From: an uncultured Pelagibacteraceae bacterium
Lineage (GTDB): Bacteria > Pseudomonadota > Alphaproteobacteria > Pelagibacterales > Pelagibacteraceae
Direction of reading: 5' to 3'
Assembly (NCBI GenBank): GCA_902515185.1
Contig: CABXTN010000004.1
Span: forward strand, 614 to 64,613
Length of the DNA: 64,000 nt
Shown: positions 1 to 8,197 of the stretch, piece by piece
Layout: each line of letters begins with the position of its first letter
Position numbering within the stretch: position 1 is the stretch's first letter
Notes under the pieces: generated by a model
Databases searched by the model: none
What the model was told of the DNA's origin: nothing
What the model saw: the letters and a program-made list of their open reading frames with translations, nothing else
Program-made: the position numbers and the translations under genes

Positions 1-2
1 AT

Positions 3-1013
3 GACTATGTTCCAGATATAGATAAAAATTATATCTTTGATAGAGATACCACTTTAGCGATACTATCTGGATTTTCTTTTAACAAACGAGTACTTGTTCA
101 AGGTTATCATGGCACAGGAAAATCTACGCACATTGAGCAAATTGCTGCAAGATTGAATTGGCCATGTATAAGAATTAATCTAGATAGCCATGTAAGCAGA
201 ATAGATCTGATTGGAAAAGATGCAATAACAATTCAAGATGGTAAACAAATTACTGAATTTAAAGAAGGAATTCTACCATGGTCTATTCAAAACCCTGTGG
301 CTTTAGTTTTTGATGAATATGATGCTGGTCGACCAGATGTTATGTTTGTTATTCAAAGAGTTTTAGAAGCGGTCATTCAAAAAATAAATTCTGATTTAAG
401 TGATAAAGATTATAGAATATTTACAAAAGAATTTGATGAAATAGCAAAAGCAGAAAACCTCGAAAATATAGAGGAAATAACAAAATTAAGAAAAAATCTT
501 GATCATCAATTAGTCACATTCCAAGATTTAATAACGAAATTAGCTAATAAACTTCAAAGGCAATTATTGGCTAGTCAAAAAAGAGCATGGGAGTTTGATT
601 TAGAAGAAGGTTTATTAGATACTTCAAAATTAACTCGTATAATAATGGACCCATATAGCTCTTTATCATTCAAGAAAGAAAAAGATTTTAAATTTAAAGA
701 TACTGTAGTGACACTGCTAATTGATAATAGTGGTAGTATGCGTGGAAGACCTATAACCATTGCTGCGATATGTGCTGATATTTTATCTAGGACTTTAGAA
801 AGATGTGCTGTTAAAGTTGAAATTTTAGGTTTCACAACAAAAAACTGGAAAGGCGGCCAGTCTAGAGAATATTGGAATAAAAAAAGTAAACCAAAAAATC
901 CTGGAAGACTTAATGATTTAAGACATATAATTTATAAAAGTGCCGACTCTCAATGGAGAATTTCAAAGAATAATCTGGGTTTAATGCTTAAAGAAGGATT
1001 GTTGAAAGAGTAA
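3..1013 (+). pseudogene. Chimeric cobS::cobT reading frame: 5'-truncated CobS AAA+ ATPase (to ~368) fused in frame to an internal CobT VWA fragment that stops early
   Basis: Frame is open from nt 3: ...[15 protein letters not shown] (Walker A)...[21 protein letters not shown] (Walker B, CobS). It then switches to CobT-like [10 protein letters not shown]...[11 protein letters not shown]...[13 protein letters not shown] and ends at LKEGLLKE*, where CobT normally continues with NIDGE. Confidence 0.8.
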
Positions 1014-1020
1014 AACAAGT

Positions 1021-1233
1021 ATGAGTACATTAAACGGGAAGGTCAAGTGGTTCAACGGTAAGAAGGGCTACGGATTTATAGAAAGAGAAGACAAAGAGAA
1101 GGACGTGTTCGTTCATGCGAGCGCAGTTAGAGATGCAGGACTTCGTTTTTTAAATGAAGGTGATGAACTGCAATTTGAAATAGAAGATGGCCCAAAAGGA
1201 CCTTCAGCTGTTAAGCTTCAAAAAAAATCTTAA
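1021..1233 (+). CDS. Cold-shock (CspA family) RNA chaperone
   Basis: GKVKWFN..KGYGFI (RNP1) and DVFVH (RNP2), 70 aa. Confidence 0.97.
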   Translation: MSTLNGKVKWFNGKKGYGFIEREDKEKDVFVHASAVRDAGLRFLNEGDELQFEIEDGPKGPSAVKLQKKS

Positions 1234-1253
1234 TTTTTCAATAAATATATAAT

Positions 1254-1295
1254 TTGTATAGGTGTAACTAGCCATTTGGCTAGTACCCTATACAA
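1254..1295 (+). terminator. Long imperfect hairpin downstream of csp; probable terminator or 3' stabiliser
   Basis: TTGTATAGG..ACTAGCCA-TT-TGGCTAGT..CCTATACAA inverted repeat, followed by only a weak U-rich tail. Confidence 0.6.
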
Positions 1296-1302
1296 TTAAT
1301 TC

Positions 1303-1330
1303 TTGCATTAAATTCTTTTAATGTTAAATA
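1303..1330 (+). promoter_or_regulatory. Putative sigma70 promoter for the his leader / tRNA-His / hisSZG transcript
   Basis: TTGCAT(1303-1308)-N16-TAAATA(1325-1330) places a start site near ATG 1339. The same TTG-N16-TAAA geometry occurs before sbcB and trxA. Confidence 0.4.
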
Positions 1331-1338
1331 ACCTACCA

Positions 1339-1398
1339 ATGATTAAAAAAGTAAACATCTTAAAAGACACTCACAGACATCACTCGCATGGCTGCTAA
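1339..1398 (+). CDS. Putative histidine leader peptide MIKKVNILKDTHRHHSHGC (19 aa; alternative in-frame ATG at 1321)
   Basis: Four His codons in six positions (CAC AGA CAT CAC TCG CAT, 1372-1389), directly upstream of tRNA-His and hisS-hisZ-hisG. Confidence 0.7.
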   Translation: MIKKVNILKDTHRHHSHGC

Positions 1399-1458
1399 GC
1401 CAGCTATTAATCATTTTAAAATTTAAATTTAATAACAATTAGTATAAAATATAGAAAG

Positions 1459-1533
1459 GCCCTGGTGGTGAAATGGTTATCACGAAAGTTTGTGGAACTT
1501 TAGTTTTTGGTTCGATCCCAAGCCAGGGTACCA
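1459..1533 (+). tRNA. hisR: tRNA-His(GUG), alphaproteobacterial type with G1:U72 and A73, CCA encoded
   Basis: Acceptor GCCCTGG/CCAGGGT-A-CCA; anticodon arm AAAGT-TTGTGGA-ACTTT; T loop TTCGATC. Confidence 0.95.
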
Positions 1534-1537
1534 AAAA

Positions 1538-2935
1538 ATGGAAAAAAATAAAAAACTTATACCTGGATTACCTACAGGTTTTGAAGATAGATGGGGTAAA
1601 AAATTATACCTTAAGAAGGAACTTATTAAGTTAATTGAGGAAAATTTTATAAAATATGGTTTTGAACCATTAGAAACGCCATCATTTGAAATTAGTTCAA
1701 ATATAGGATCATTCCTTGCAGATGATGACAGTAATCCTATGTCTGATGTTTTTACTTTTAATGATGGAGAAAAAAATATTACACTTAGATATGATTTATC
1801 CAGTCCTTTAGCTAGGTTTGTTGCACAGAATAACCAAGAACTTCCACTTCCTTATAAACGTTATGCTATACAAAACGTTTTTAGAAATGAAAAAGCTGGT
1901 AATGCTCGTTACAGAGAATTTACTCAAGCGGACTGTGATATAGTTGGAAATGTAAATCCATCTCAATCAAATGCAGAATTATGTAATTTAATTGCAAGCA
2001 CATTAATTAATTGTGGTCTTAAAAAAGATCAATTTATTATTAATGTAAGCAATCGAAAAATAATTCAAGGTTTATTGGAGGATTTAAAAATTCCAGAAGT
2101 AAAACAGTTAAAAGTAATGAGAGCAATCGATAAGCTTGATAAACCAGGTTTTGGATTAAAAGGTGTTGAAGATTTATTGAAAAAGGAAAGAAAAGACAAA
2201 AGTGGTGCAGTCACAAAAGGTGCAGATTTAAATAATGATCAAGTATTACAAATTATTAATTTTTTGAAAATTACAGAACTTAAAGAATTAAAGGAAAATT
2301 TTAAAAATCCTTTAACTCAACAGGGTATTAATGAGATTGAGGCATTATATGATGTTTTAGCCTATGGTGATTTTATCGATCAGGTTAAAACAAATTTTAC
2401 AATTGTTAGAGGCCTTGCGTATTATGATGGGTTTTGTGTTGAAACTAATCTTAAATTTAAAGTGTCAAACAGCAAAGGTAAAGAAGTTGATATTGGAAGC
2501 ATATGTTCAGGTGGACAATATAATAAGTTAATTTCGAGATTTAAAGGAGTAGATATTCCAGGTACAGGATTTAGCATTGGAGTAGATAGATTATTGTTTG
2601 CTATTTTGCAGTTAGATCAAATAAAAATTAACGATCAAAAACCAGCAATTGTTTGTGTAATGGATAAAAAATATATCAAAAATTACTATGGAATTTTAAA
2701 AATTTTAAGAGATAACGGTATTAATTCAGAAATTTTTTTAAATAGTGACAAAAATCTTGGAAAACAATTGACCTATGCCAATAAAAAAGGATGTCCCGTT
2801 GCGGTTATTTGTGGAGAAAATGAATTTAAAAATAACTCTATTACAATAAAGAATTTATTAGGACCAAAAGAAGAAAATAATCAAATTACAATTCCAAAAG
2901 AAAACTTAATTAATGAAATTAAAAAATTTATCTGA
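1538..2935 (+). CDS. hisS: Histidine--tRNA ligase
   Basis: LRYDLS, FRNE..RYREFTQADCD, IVRGLAYYDG, GGQY motifs. Start moved to ATG 1538 because the ORF-track start (1490) lies inside the tRNA. Confidence 0.96.
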   Translation: MEKNKKLIPGLPTGFEDRWGKKLYLKKELIKLIEENFIKYGFEPLETPSFEISSNIGSFLADDDSNPMSDVFTFNDGEKNITLRYDLSSPLARFVAQNNQELPLPYKRYAIQNVFRNEKAGNARYREFTQADCDIVGNVNPSQSNAELCNLIASTLINCGLKKDQFIINVSNRKIIQGLLEDLKIPEVKQLKVMRAIDKLDKPGFGLKGVEDLLKKERKDKSGAVTKGADLNNDQVLQIINFLKITELKELKENFKNPLTQQGINEIEALYDVLAYGDFIDQVKTNFTIVRGLAYYDGFCVETNLKFKVSNSKGKEVDIGSICSGGQYNKLISRFKGVDIPGTGFSIGVDRLLFAILQLDQIKINDQKPAIVCVMDKKYIKNYYGILKILRDNGINSEIFLNSDKNLGKQLTYANKKGCPVAVICGENEFKNNSITIKNLLGPKEENNQITIPKENLINEIKKFI

Positions 2936-3965
2936 AAAAATCCTAAAGTCAGTAAAGACAATGGGGTTTAAGTATATAGAATTACCCTCAGTAATTGAAG
3001 CAAATCATATTGTTAAAAGATCTGGGGAAAATTTTAGAAAGTTTATATTTTCATTTTCCGATCAAAATGGAAATGAATTATGTTTAAGACCTGATTTAAC
3101 GATTGTTTCGTGTTTGAGATATTTGGAAAATAAATTTAAGGGAAAAGAAAAAATATTTTATAGTGGACAGGCATATAGAAAATCTCAAAATAAAAAAGAT
3201 TCAATTATAAGAAATCAAATTGGATTTGAGATAATCGGCTCACAAAATGAAAAAAATGATGATAAAGAGATAATAAATACTTCTTTGAAATCATTAAAAA
3301 ATTTAAAATATTCTACAGGAACTTTAACACTTGGTAACGTTGAGATATTTAATACTCTAATATCTAAATTAGATATTCCAAAAAGATGGAAGTTAAGACT
3401 TTCTAGACATTTTTGGAGAGAAGAATATTTCAATGACTTATTGAAAAGATTAGAAACAAATTCAGATGTGGACCCAACGATTGTTGAAATTGATAAAAAA
3501 CGTTATTTTAAAATGTTGAAAGAAAATAAATTATCAATTATTGCCGGTAGATCTATAGAAGAAATTTTGAGTAGATTTGACAAAAAAATTAAAGACCCAA
3601 GACGGCCAAGTAAAGGAAAAAATGTATCAAAAATTATTAAAGAATTTTTAAAAATCAAATGTCCAATCAATAAAGCTGCAGGAGAGTTAAATAAATTTTT
3701 TAAAAAATATAAAATTAGTCTAGTTGTAGACCAAAAATATTTTCCTATATCAAATAATAAAGTTTCAAAACTTAATGTGGTTTTTTCCACATCCTTTGGA
3801 AGACAACTTGAATATTATACAGGAATGGTTTTTAAAATTGATATTAAATTAAAAAACAAAGTGACGAATATTTATAATGGTGGAAGATATGATCATTTAA
3901 TTTCTGATCTAGGATCAACAAAAGAAATACCTGCTGTTGGAGCTGCAATAAATTTAAATAATTAA
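2913..3965 (+). CDS. hisZ: ATP phosphoribosyltransferase regulatory subunit
   Basis: LCLRPDLT, LEYYTGMVF, GGRYD, PAVG; lies between hisS and short hisG. Confidence 0.93.
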   Translation: MKLKNLSEKILKSVKTMGFKYIELPSVIEANHIVKRSGENFRKFIFSFSDQNGNELCLRPDLTIVSCLRYLENKFKGKEKIFYSGQAYRKSQNKKDSIIRNQIGFEIIGSQNEKNDDKEIINTSLKSLKNLKYSTGTLTLGNVEIFNTLISKLDIPKRWKLRLSRHFWREEYFNDLLKRLETNSDVDPTIVEIDKKRYFKMLKENKLSIIAGRSIEEILSRFDKKIKDPRRPSKGKNVSKIIKEFLKIKCPINKAAGELNKFFKKYKISLVVDQKYFPISNNKVSKLNVVFSTSFGRQLEYYTGMVFKIDIKLKNKVTNIYNGGRYDHLISDLGSTKEIPAVGAAINLNN

Positions 3966-3968
3966 CTT

Positions 3969-4655
3969 ATGAAAAATATAATCAATATAGGAATTCCAAG
4001 TAAGGGTAGGTTAAGAAAAGATGTTTTAAATATTTTTAAAAATAAAAGATTAAATCTTATTTCAGAAAGAGGAAAGAGGGATTTAATTGGTTCAATTAAA
4101 AATATAAAAAATGTAAAAATACTTTATTTACATGCACGAGAAATAGTTGAAAGATTGGGTGATGGCACCTTAGACATTGGTTTTTCAGGGTATGATTTAC
4201 TTAGAGAAAGTGAAGTCAATACGCAGAAAAAAATTAATGTTATAAAAAAATATGAATTTGGAAAAGCAAATTTGGTTGTTGCTATCCCAGATCCATGGAT
4301 TGATGTTCAAACAGTAGCTGATCTTGAGGAAATTGCGTTTGAATTTAGAGATAGAAAGAAAAAAAGATTAAGAGTTGCAACAAAGTACCCAAATTTAACT
4401 CGAGAATTTTTGTTTTCAAAAGGCGTTACACAATTCCAAACTGTTGAAAGCTTAGGTGCTACCGAAGCATATCCTTTTACAGGTTCTGCTAATTTAATAA
4501 CAGATATTAGTTCTACAGGAGAAACAATTAAAAGTAATAATTTACGTATTTTAAAGGATGGTCAAATTTTAAAATCCCAAGCATGTATTTTTGTATCAAA
4601 AAAAAATTTAAAAAAAAACGGAATAAAAAAATTGGTTAAATTACTTTCTAAGTAA
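3969..4655 (+). CDS. hisG: ATP phosphoribosyltransferase (short form)
   Basis: IPSKGRL, RVATKYP, SLGATEAYP, DISSTGET. Confidence 0.96.
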   Translation: MKNIINIGIPSKGRLRKDVLNIFKNKRLNLISERGKRDLIGSIKNIKNVKILYLHAREIVERLGDGTLDIGFSGYDLLRESEVNTQKKINVIKKYEFGKANLVVAIPDPWIDVQTVADLEEIAFEFRDRKKKRLRVATKYPNLTREFLFSKGVTQFQTVESLGATEAYPFTGSANLITDISSTGETIKSNNLRILKDGQILKSQACIFVSKKNLKKNGIKKLVKLLSK

Positions 4656-4802
4656 TTTATCCTTCAAATAAATCAGAATTATTTTAATAACATCTAAATT
4701 TCTTATAACTGCATAAAGGGTCATAATACATCCTATTATAAATATAATTTTTAAAATTAGATATAATTCCATAAAAAACCTTTATAATATAAGTTACGAA
4801 TC

Positions 4803-5894
4803 ATGGATATAATTTTATTAATTACTTTATTTTTATTGCTTGTAGCGACTTTAGCTATTTTATACCTTAGCCTAAAATCTAAAACATCAGGTGATAACAA
4901 GGAAAGAGAAGAAATTTCCAATCTAAATGCGGAAATAGTAAGACTAAAAGATACTTTAAATACTACTATTAATAATTCTCTGGGTTCAATGTCGACTTCA
5001 TTTAATGCTTTATCCAGTGGAGTTACAAAAGATATGACTGAAGCTTTAACAAAAGTGGATGAAAAAGTTGGAAATTTTAACCAGCAAGTTCAGTTATTAA
5101 ATCAAAGCCAAGAGGGGATTACAAAAATTTTGGCAGGTGTCAAAAAATATGGGGTTTTAGCAGAATACAGTCTTGATGCTTTAATTAAGGATCTATTGCC
5201 TGCATCTCAGTTCATGAAAAATGTTAAGATGAAAGAGGACACAAATGAAAATGTCGAATTTGCGATTAAACTTCAAGGAGATGTTTTGGTTCCAGTAGAT
5301 TCTCACTTTCCTATAGAAAAATTAAAAGCAATCACCGATTCTTATGAAGCCGATGATAAAAAAGCAGCAGCTGATGCAAGAACAAAGTTAGCAGGTGCTT
5401 TTAAGGTTAAAGCAAAAAGTATTAATGAGAAGTATATTGTTCCTCCAAAGACGACTGATTTTGCCATAGTATACGCACCAACAGAAAGTCTTTATAAAGA
5501 ATTAACAGAATATCAGGACCCAAACACTAAAGAATTATTAACCCAAGAATTAATGAAAAAATATAAAATAGTAATTTGTGGGCCCAATACTCTTTCAGCT
5601 TATTTACAATCTCTGCATATGGGCTTTCAGTCTTTGAAAGTTCAAAAAGGAGCTACAGAAATATATAATCATCTTAAAAATATTACGACAAGATTTGGTA
5701 AACATTTTGATAATATTATTAATCTAAGAAAAAAATTAGAGGAAGCAATGACTGTAGTAGATAAATTTGGAACTGATGCAAGATCAATTACTAGAACTCT
5801 AGAAAATATTAAAGATCCCGAGCAAGTTGAAATAGCAGTAAAAAATGAGAATGTAGAAAAGTTTGTTGATCGTTCAAAACAAGCAAAAAACTAA
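4803..5894 (+). CDS. rmuC: DNA recombination protein RmuC (N-terminal TM helix, coiled coil, nuclease-like domain)
   Basis: G..AEYSL, VEFAIKL, PVDSHFP, KYIVPPKTTDFAI, ICGPNTL..YLQSLHMGF. Confidence 0.88.
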   Translation: MDIILLITLFLLLVATLAILYLSLKSKTSGDNKEREEISNLNAEIVRLKDTLNTTINNSLGSMSTSFNALSSGVTKDMTEALTKVDEKVGNFNQQVQLLNQSQEGITKILAGVKKYGVLAEYSLDALIKDLLPASQFMKNVKMKEDTNENVEFAIKLQGDVLVPVDSHFPIEKLKAITDSYEADDKKAAADARTKLAGAFKVKAKSINEKYIVPPKTTDFAIVYAPTESLYKELTEYQDPNTKELLTQELMKKYKIVICGPNTLSAYLQSLHMGFQSLKVQKGATEIYNHLKNITTRFGKHFDNIINLRKKLEEAMTVVDKFGTDARSITRTLENIKDPEQVEIAVKNENVEKFVDRSKQAKN

Positions 5895-5930
5895 TTTCAT
5901 TTTTTTTTAATTACTCATATAAACAATAAA

Positions 5931-6617
5931 ATGAAATGGAATAACAAGTTTAATTATCTAAAATATTCTAGATCAAATGAGGGTGGGCTAAGAAAATATT
6001 TATTTGGAGACCATAAACTTCCAAGTGTTACGTCTATTTTAAGTGCTACTAAATCTGAAGAAGATAAAGCATCACTCGAATTATGGAGGAAAAGAGTAGG
6101 TTATAAAGAAGCAAATAGAATAAAAACTGAAGCTAGTAATAGAGGCTCCTCTATGCATACATATATTGAAGACTATTTACGAGGAAGAGTTAATGAAAGT
6201 TTTTTTGAGAGCAATGAACAATATAAAAATATGGCCAGAGAAATTATTGAAAAAGGAATTAAGGGAAAAATAGAAGAAATTTATGGAATAGAGGAAACAT
6301 TATATTATCCTGAAAAGTATGCTGGTACTGCAGATTTAATTTGCAAGTATCAAGGCCAAGATGTTTTAGTAGATTTTAAACAGTCAAATCGACCAAAGAA
6401 ATCAGATTATATTCAGGATTATTTTTTACAACTTGGGGCATATACTTTAGCTCATGATGTAGTGCATGGAACAAAAATGAAAGCTGGAATAATTCTTTTA
6501 TGTACTGTGGATAACTTATTTCAAGAATTTAAAATAGAAGGCGCTGAATTAGAAATGTATCAAAATTTATTCTTAGGAAGAGTCAAAAAATTTTATGAAA
6601 TAAACAATATTACTTGA
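5931..6617 (+). CDS. PD-(D/E)XK exonuclease of phage type (MGME1/Cas4-like fold)
   Basis: LPSVTSIL, WRKRVG..EA, RGSSMH, YAGTADL, VDFKQS, YFLQLGAY. Confidence 0.85.
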   Translation: MKWNNKFNYLKYSRSNEGGLRKYLFGDHKLPSVTSILSATKSEEDKASLELWRKRVGYKEANRIKTEASNRGSSMHTYIEDYLRGRVNESFFESNEQYKNMAREIIEKGIKGKIEEIYGIEETLYYPEKYAGTADLICKYQGQDVLVDFKQSNRPKKSDYIQDYFLQLGAYTLAHDVVHGTKMKAGIILLCTVDNLFQEFKIEGAELEMYQNLFLGRVKKFYEINNIT

Positions 6618-6656
6618 CTTTGATCATTCAATTATTAAAAGCAATATTGTTAACTA

Positions 6657-6717
6657 ATAGCTACTTGTTTAGATGCAGATGGTTAATATCAAATAATTTC
6701 AATCTAAACATTGCTAT
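6657..6717 (+). promoter_or_regulatory. Stem-loop in the 5' leader of sbcB
   Basis: ATAGC..TGTTTAGAT(6666-6674) pairs with ATCTAAACA(6702-6710)..GCTAT; TTGACT at 6614 upstream, AAGGA RBS downstream. Confidence 0.5.
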
Positions 6718-6732
6718 AAAAACAAAGGAAAT

Positions 6733-8163
6733 ATGAACTTAGTTATTTGGGATATTGAATCATCAAGTGCCAATACTGATTTTGGAAGTATTATTGAAAT
6801 TGGCGGTATACTGGTTGATGAAAATTTTAAGGAAAAAGATCGATTTAATTTAAGATGTCGCTTACCAGAAGGAGAAATTCCTCAAGCAATGGCCTTAATA
6901 GTTAATAAAACAAGTATTGATCAGTTAACAAAGGTAAATTTAAGCCATTACCAAATGTTAGGGGAGGTAGAGAAAATATTCAAAAAATGGAGTCCGGCAA
7001 TTTTTCTTGGATGGTCTAATATAGGTTTTGATGATGAGATGATAAGAAAAGAATTTTTTAAAAGTATAAGATATCCATATATTACTAATGCAACACCTAA
7101 TAAACGGCATGATGGACTCAATATAGCAAGAGGAGCTTATGCTATAGATCCATCGGTTCTTGAAACAGAAATAAATGAAAAAAATAATCCAGTTTTTAAG
7201 CTTGAGTCTTTAAGCCGAATGAACGGTTTTGATTCAAGCGATGCTCATTCAGCACTTGTAGACTCTCAGCTGACTTGTAAGGTATTAAATTTAATCAAAA
7301 CAAGGCAACCAAACACTTGGAACAACTTTCTTAGGACTGCAAATAAATCAGATACTGAAACAATATTTAAAAAAGAAAAAATCATTACTTTAAATGAATA
7401 TTTTTATGGAAAATCTAGATTATATCTTTGTGCACCACTTCATCCAAATCATTGCATTCACCCTGTTTATCAATGGGGACAGGCTATAGATTTGCGTGTT
7501 GATGTAGAGCCTTTAATAGACATGTCCATAAATGAACTTAAAGCTGAGATGAAAAAGACACCTAAATTTTTAAGAACAATTAGATCGAATAAAGCCCCAA
7601 TTATGATTGATGGAGAGTATGGAATGAAAGTAGAACCATATAATGCGATGGACCCAAGTTTAATTAAAAAAAGAGCAAGCTTAGTAAAAGAAAACGAAGA
7701 ATTTTCTAAAAAAATTTTGAATGCATTAAGAGAAATTGCAGAAGAAAAAGAACAATTAAAATCCCAAGAAGATATTTACGCAGAAGAAAGTATATATAAA
7801 AAATTTACATCAAATAAAGATACAGCATTATTTCCCGCATGGCATGCAGCACCATGGAAAGAAAAATTAAAATTATTGGATAAATTTGATGATGATAGAC
7901 TTGTTGGTTTTGGAAAAAAAATAATTTATCAAGAGGCTCCAGAAGTTTTACCAGATGAGATGTATCGTAAAATTAAAAGTGAAATTGCAAGACGGATATT
8001 AAGTGAAAAAAAAGAAAAATTTTGGACGGTAAAGGAATGTTATTTTGAAATTGATAATTTAAGAAATAAGTATTCAGAAGAAAATGATGAAGAAAAATTA
8101 AAATTTTTAGATCAACTTAACGATTTTGTTATGTTAATACAAAAAAAATACGAAAATTCATAG
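6733..8163 (+). CDS. sbcB: Exodeoxyribonuclease I
   Basis: DEDDh motifs WDIES, NIGFDDE, AHSALVD; FKLESL; 476 aa. Confidence 0.9.
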   Translation: MNLVIWDIESSSANTDFGSIIEIGGILVDENFKEKDRFNLRCRLPEGEIPQAMALIVNKTSIDQLTKVNLSHYQMLGEVEKIFKKWSPAIFLGWSNIGFDDEMIRKEFFKSIRYPYITNATPNKRHDGLNIARGAYAIDPSVLETEINEKNNPVFKLESLSRMNGFDSSDAHSALVDSQLTCKVLNLIKTRQPNTWNNFLRTANKSDTETIFKKEKIITLNEYFYGKSRLYLCAPLHPNHCIHPVYQWGQAIDLRVDVEPLIDMSINELKAEMKKTPKFLRTIRSNKAPIMIDGEYGMKVEPYNAMDPSLIKKRASLVKENEEFSKKILNALREIAEEKEQLKSQEDIYAEESIYKKFTSNKDTALFPAWHAAPWKEKLKLLDKFDDDRLVGFGKKIIYQEAPEVLPDEMYRKIKSEIARRILSEKKEKFWTVKECYFEIDNLRNKYSEENDEEKLKFLDQLNDFVMLIQKKYENS

Positions 8164-8197
8164 TTGACTTTATGATTAATATAATTAAATAAACATT

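Noticed and set aside
1399-1458. Classical his attenuator terminator or T-box
   Set aside because: No GC-rich stem with a U-run and no T-box consensus (AAGGTGGAACC-like) is visible.
1490-1537. N-terminal extension of HisS in the ORF track (MWNFSFWFDPKPGYQK)
   Set aside because: It is a translation of the tRNA-His gene; ATG 1538 is the plausible start.
5931-6617. Cas4 / CRISPR locus or prophage
   Set aside because: No Fe-S cysteine set, no cas1/cas2, no repeat array, and no integrase or structural phage genes in the window.
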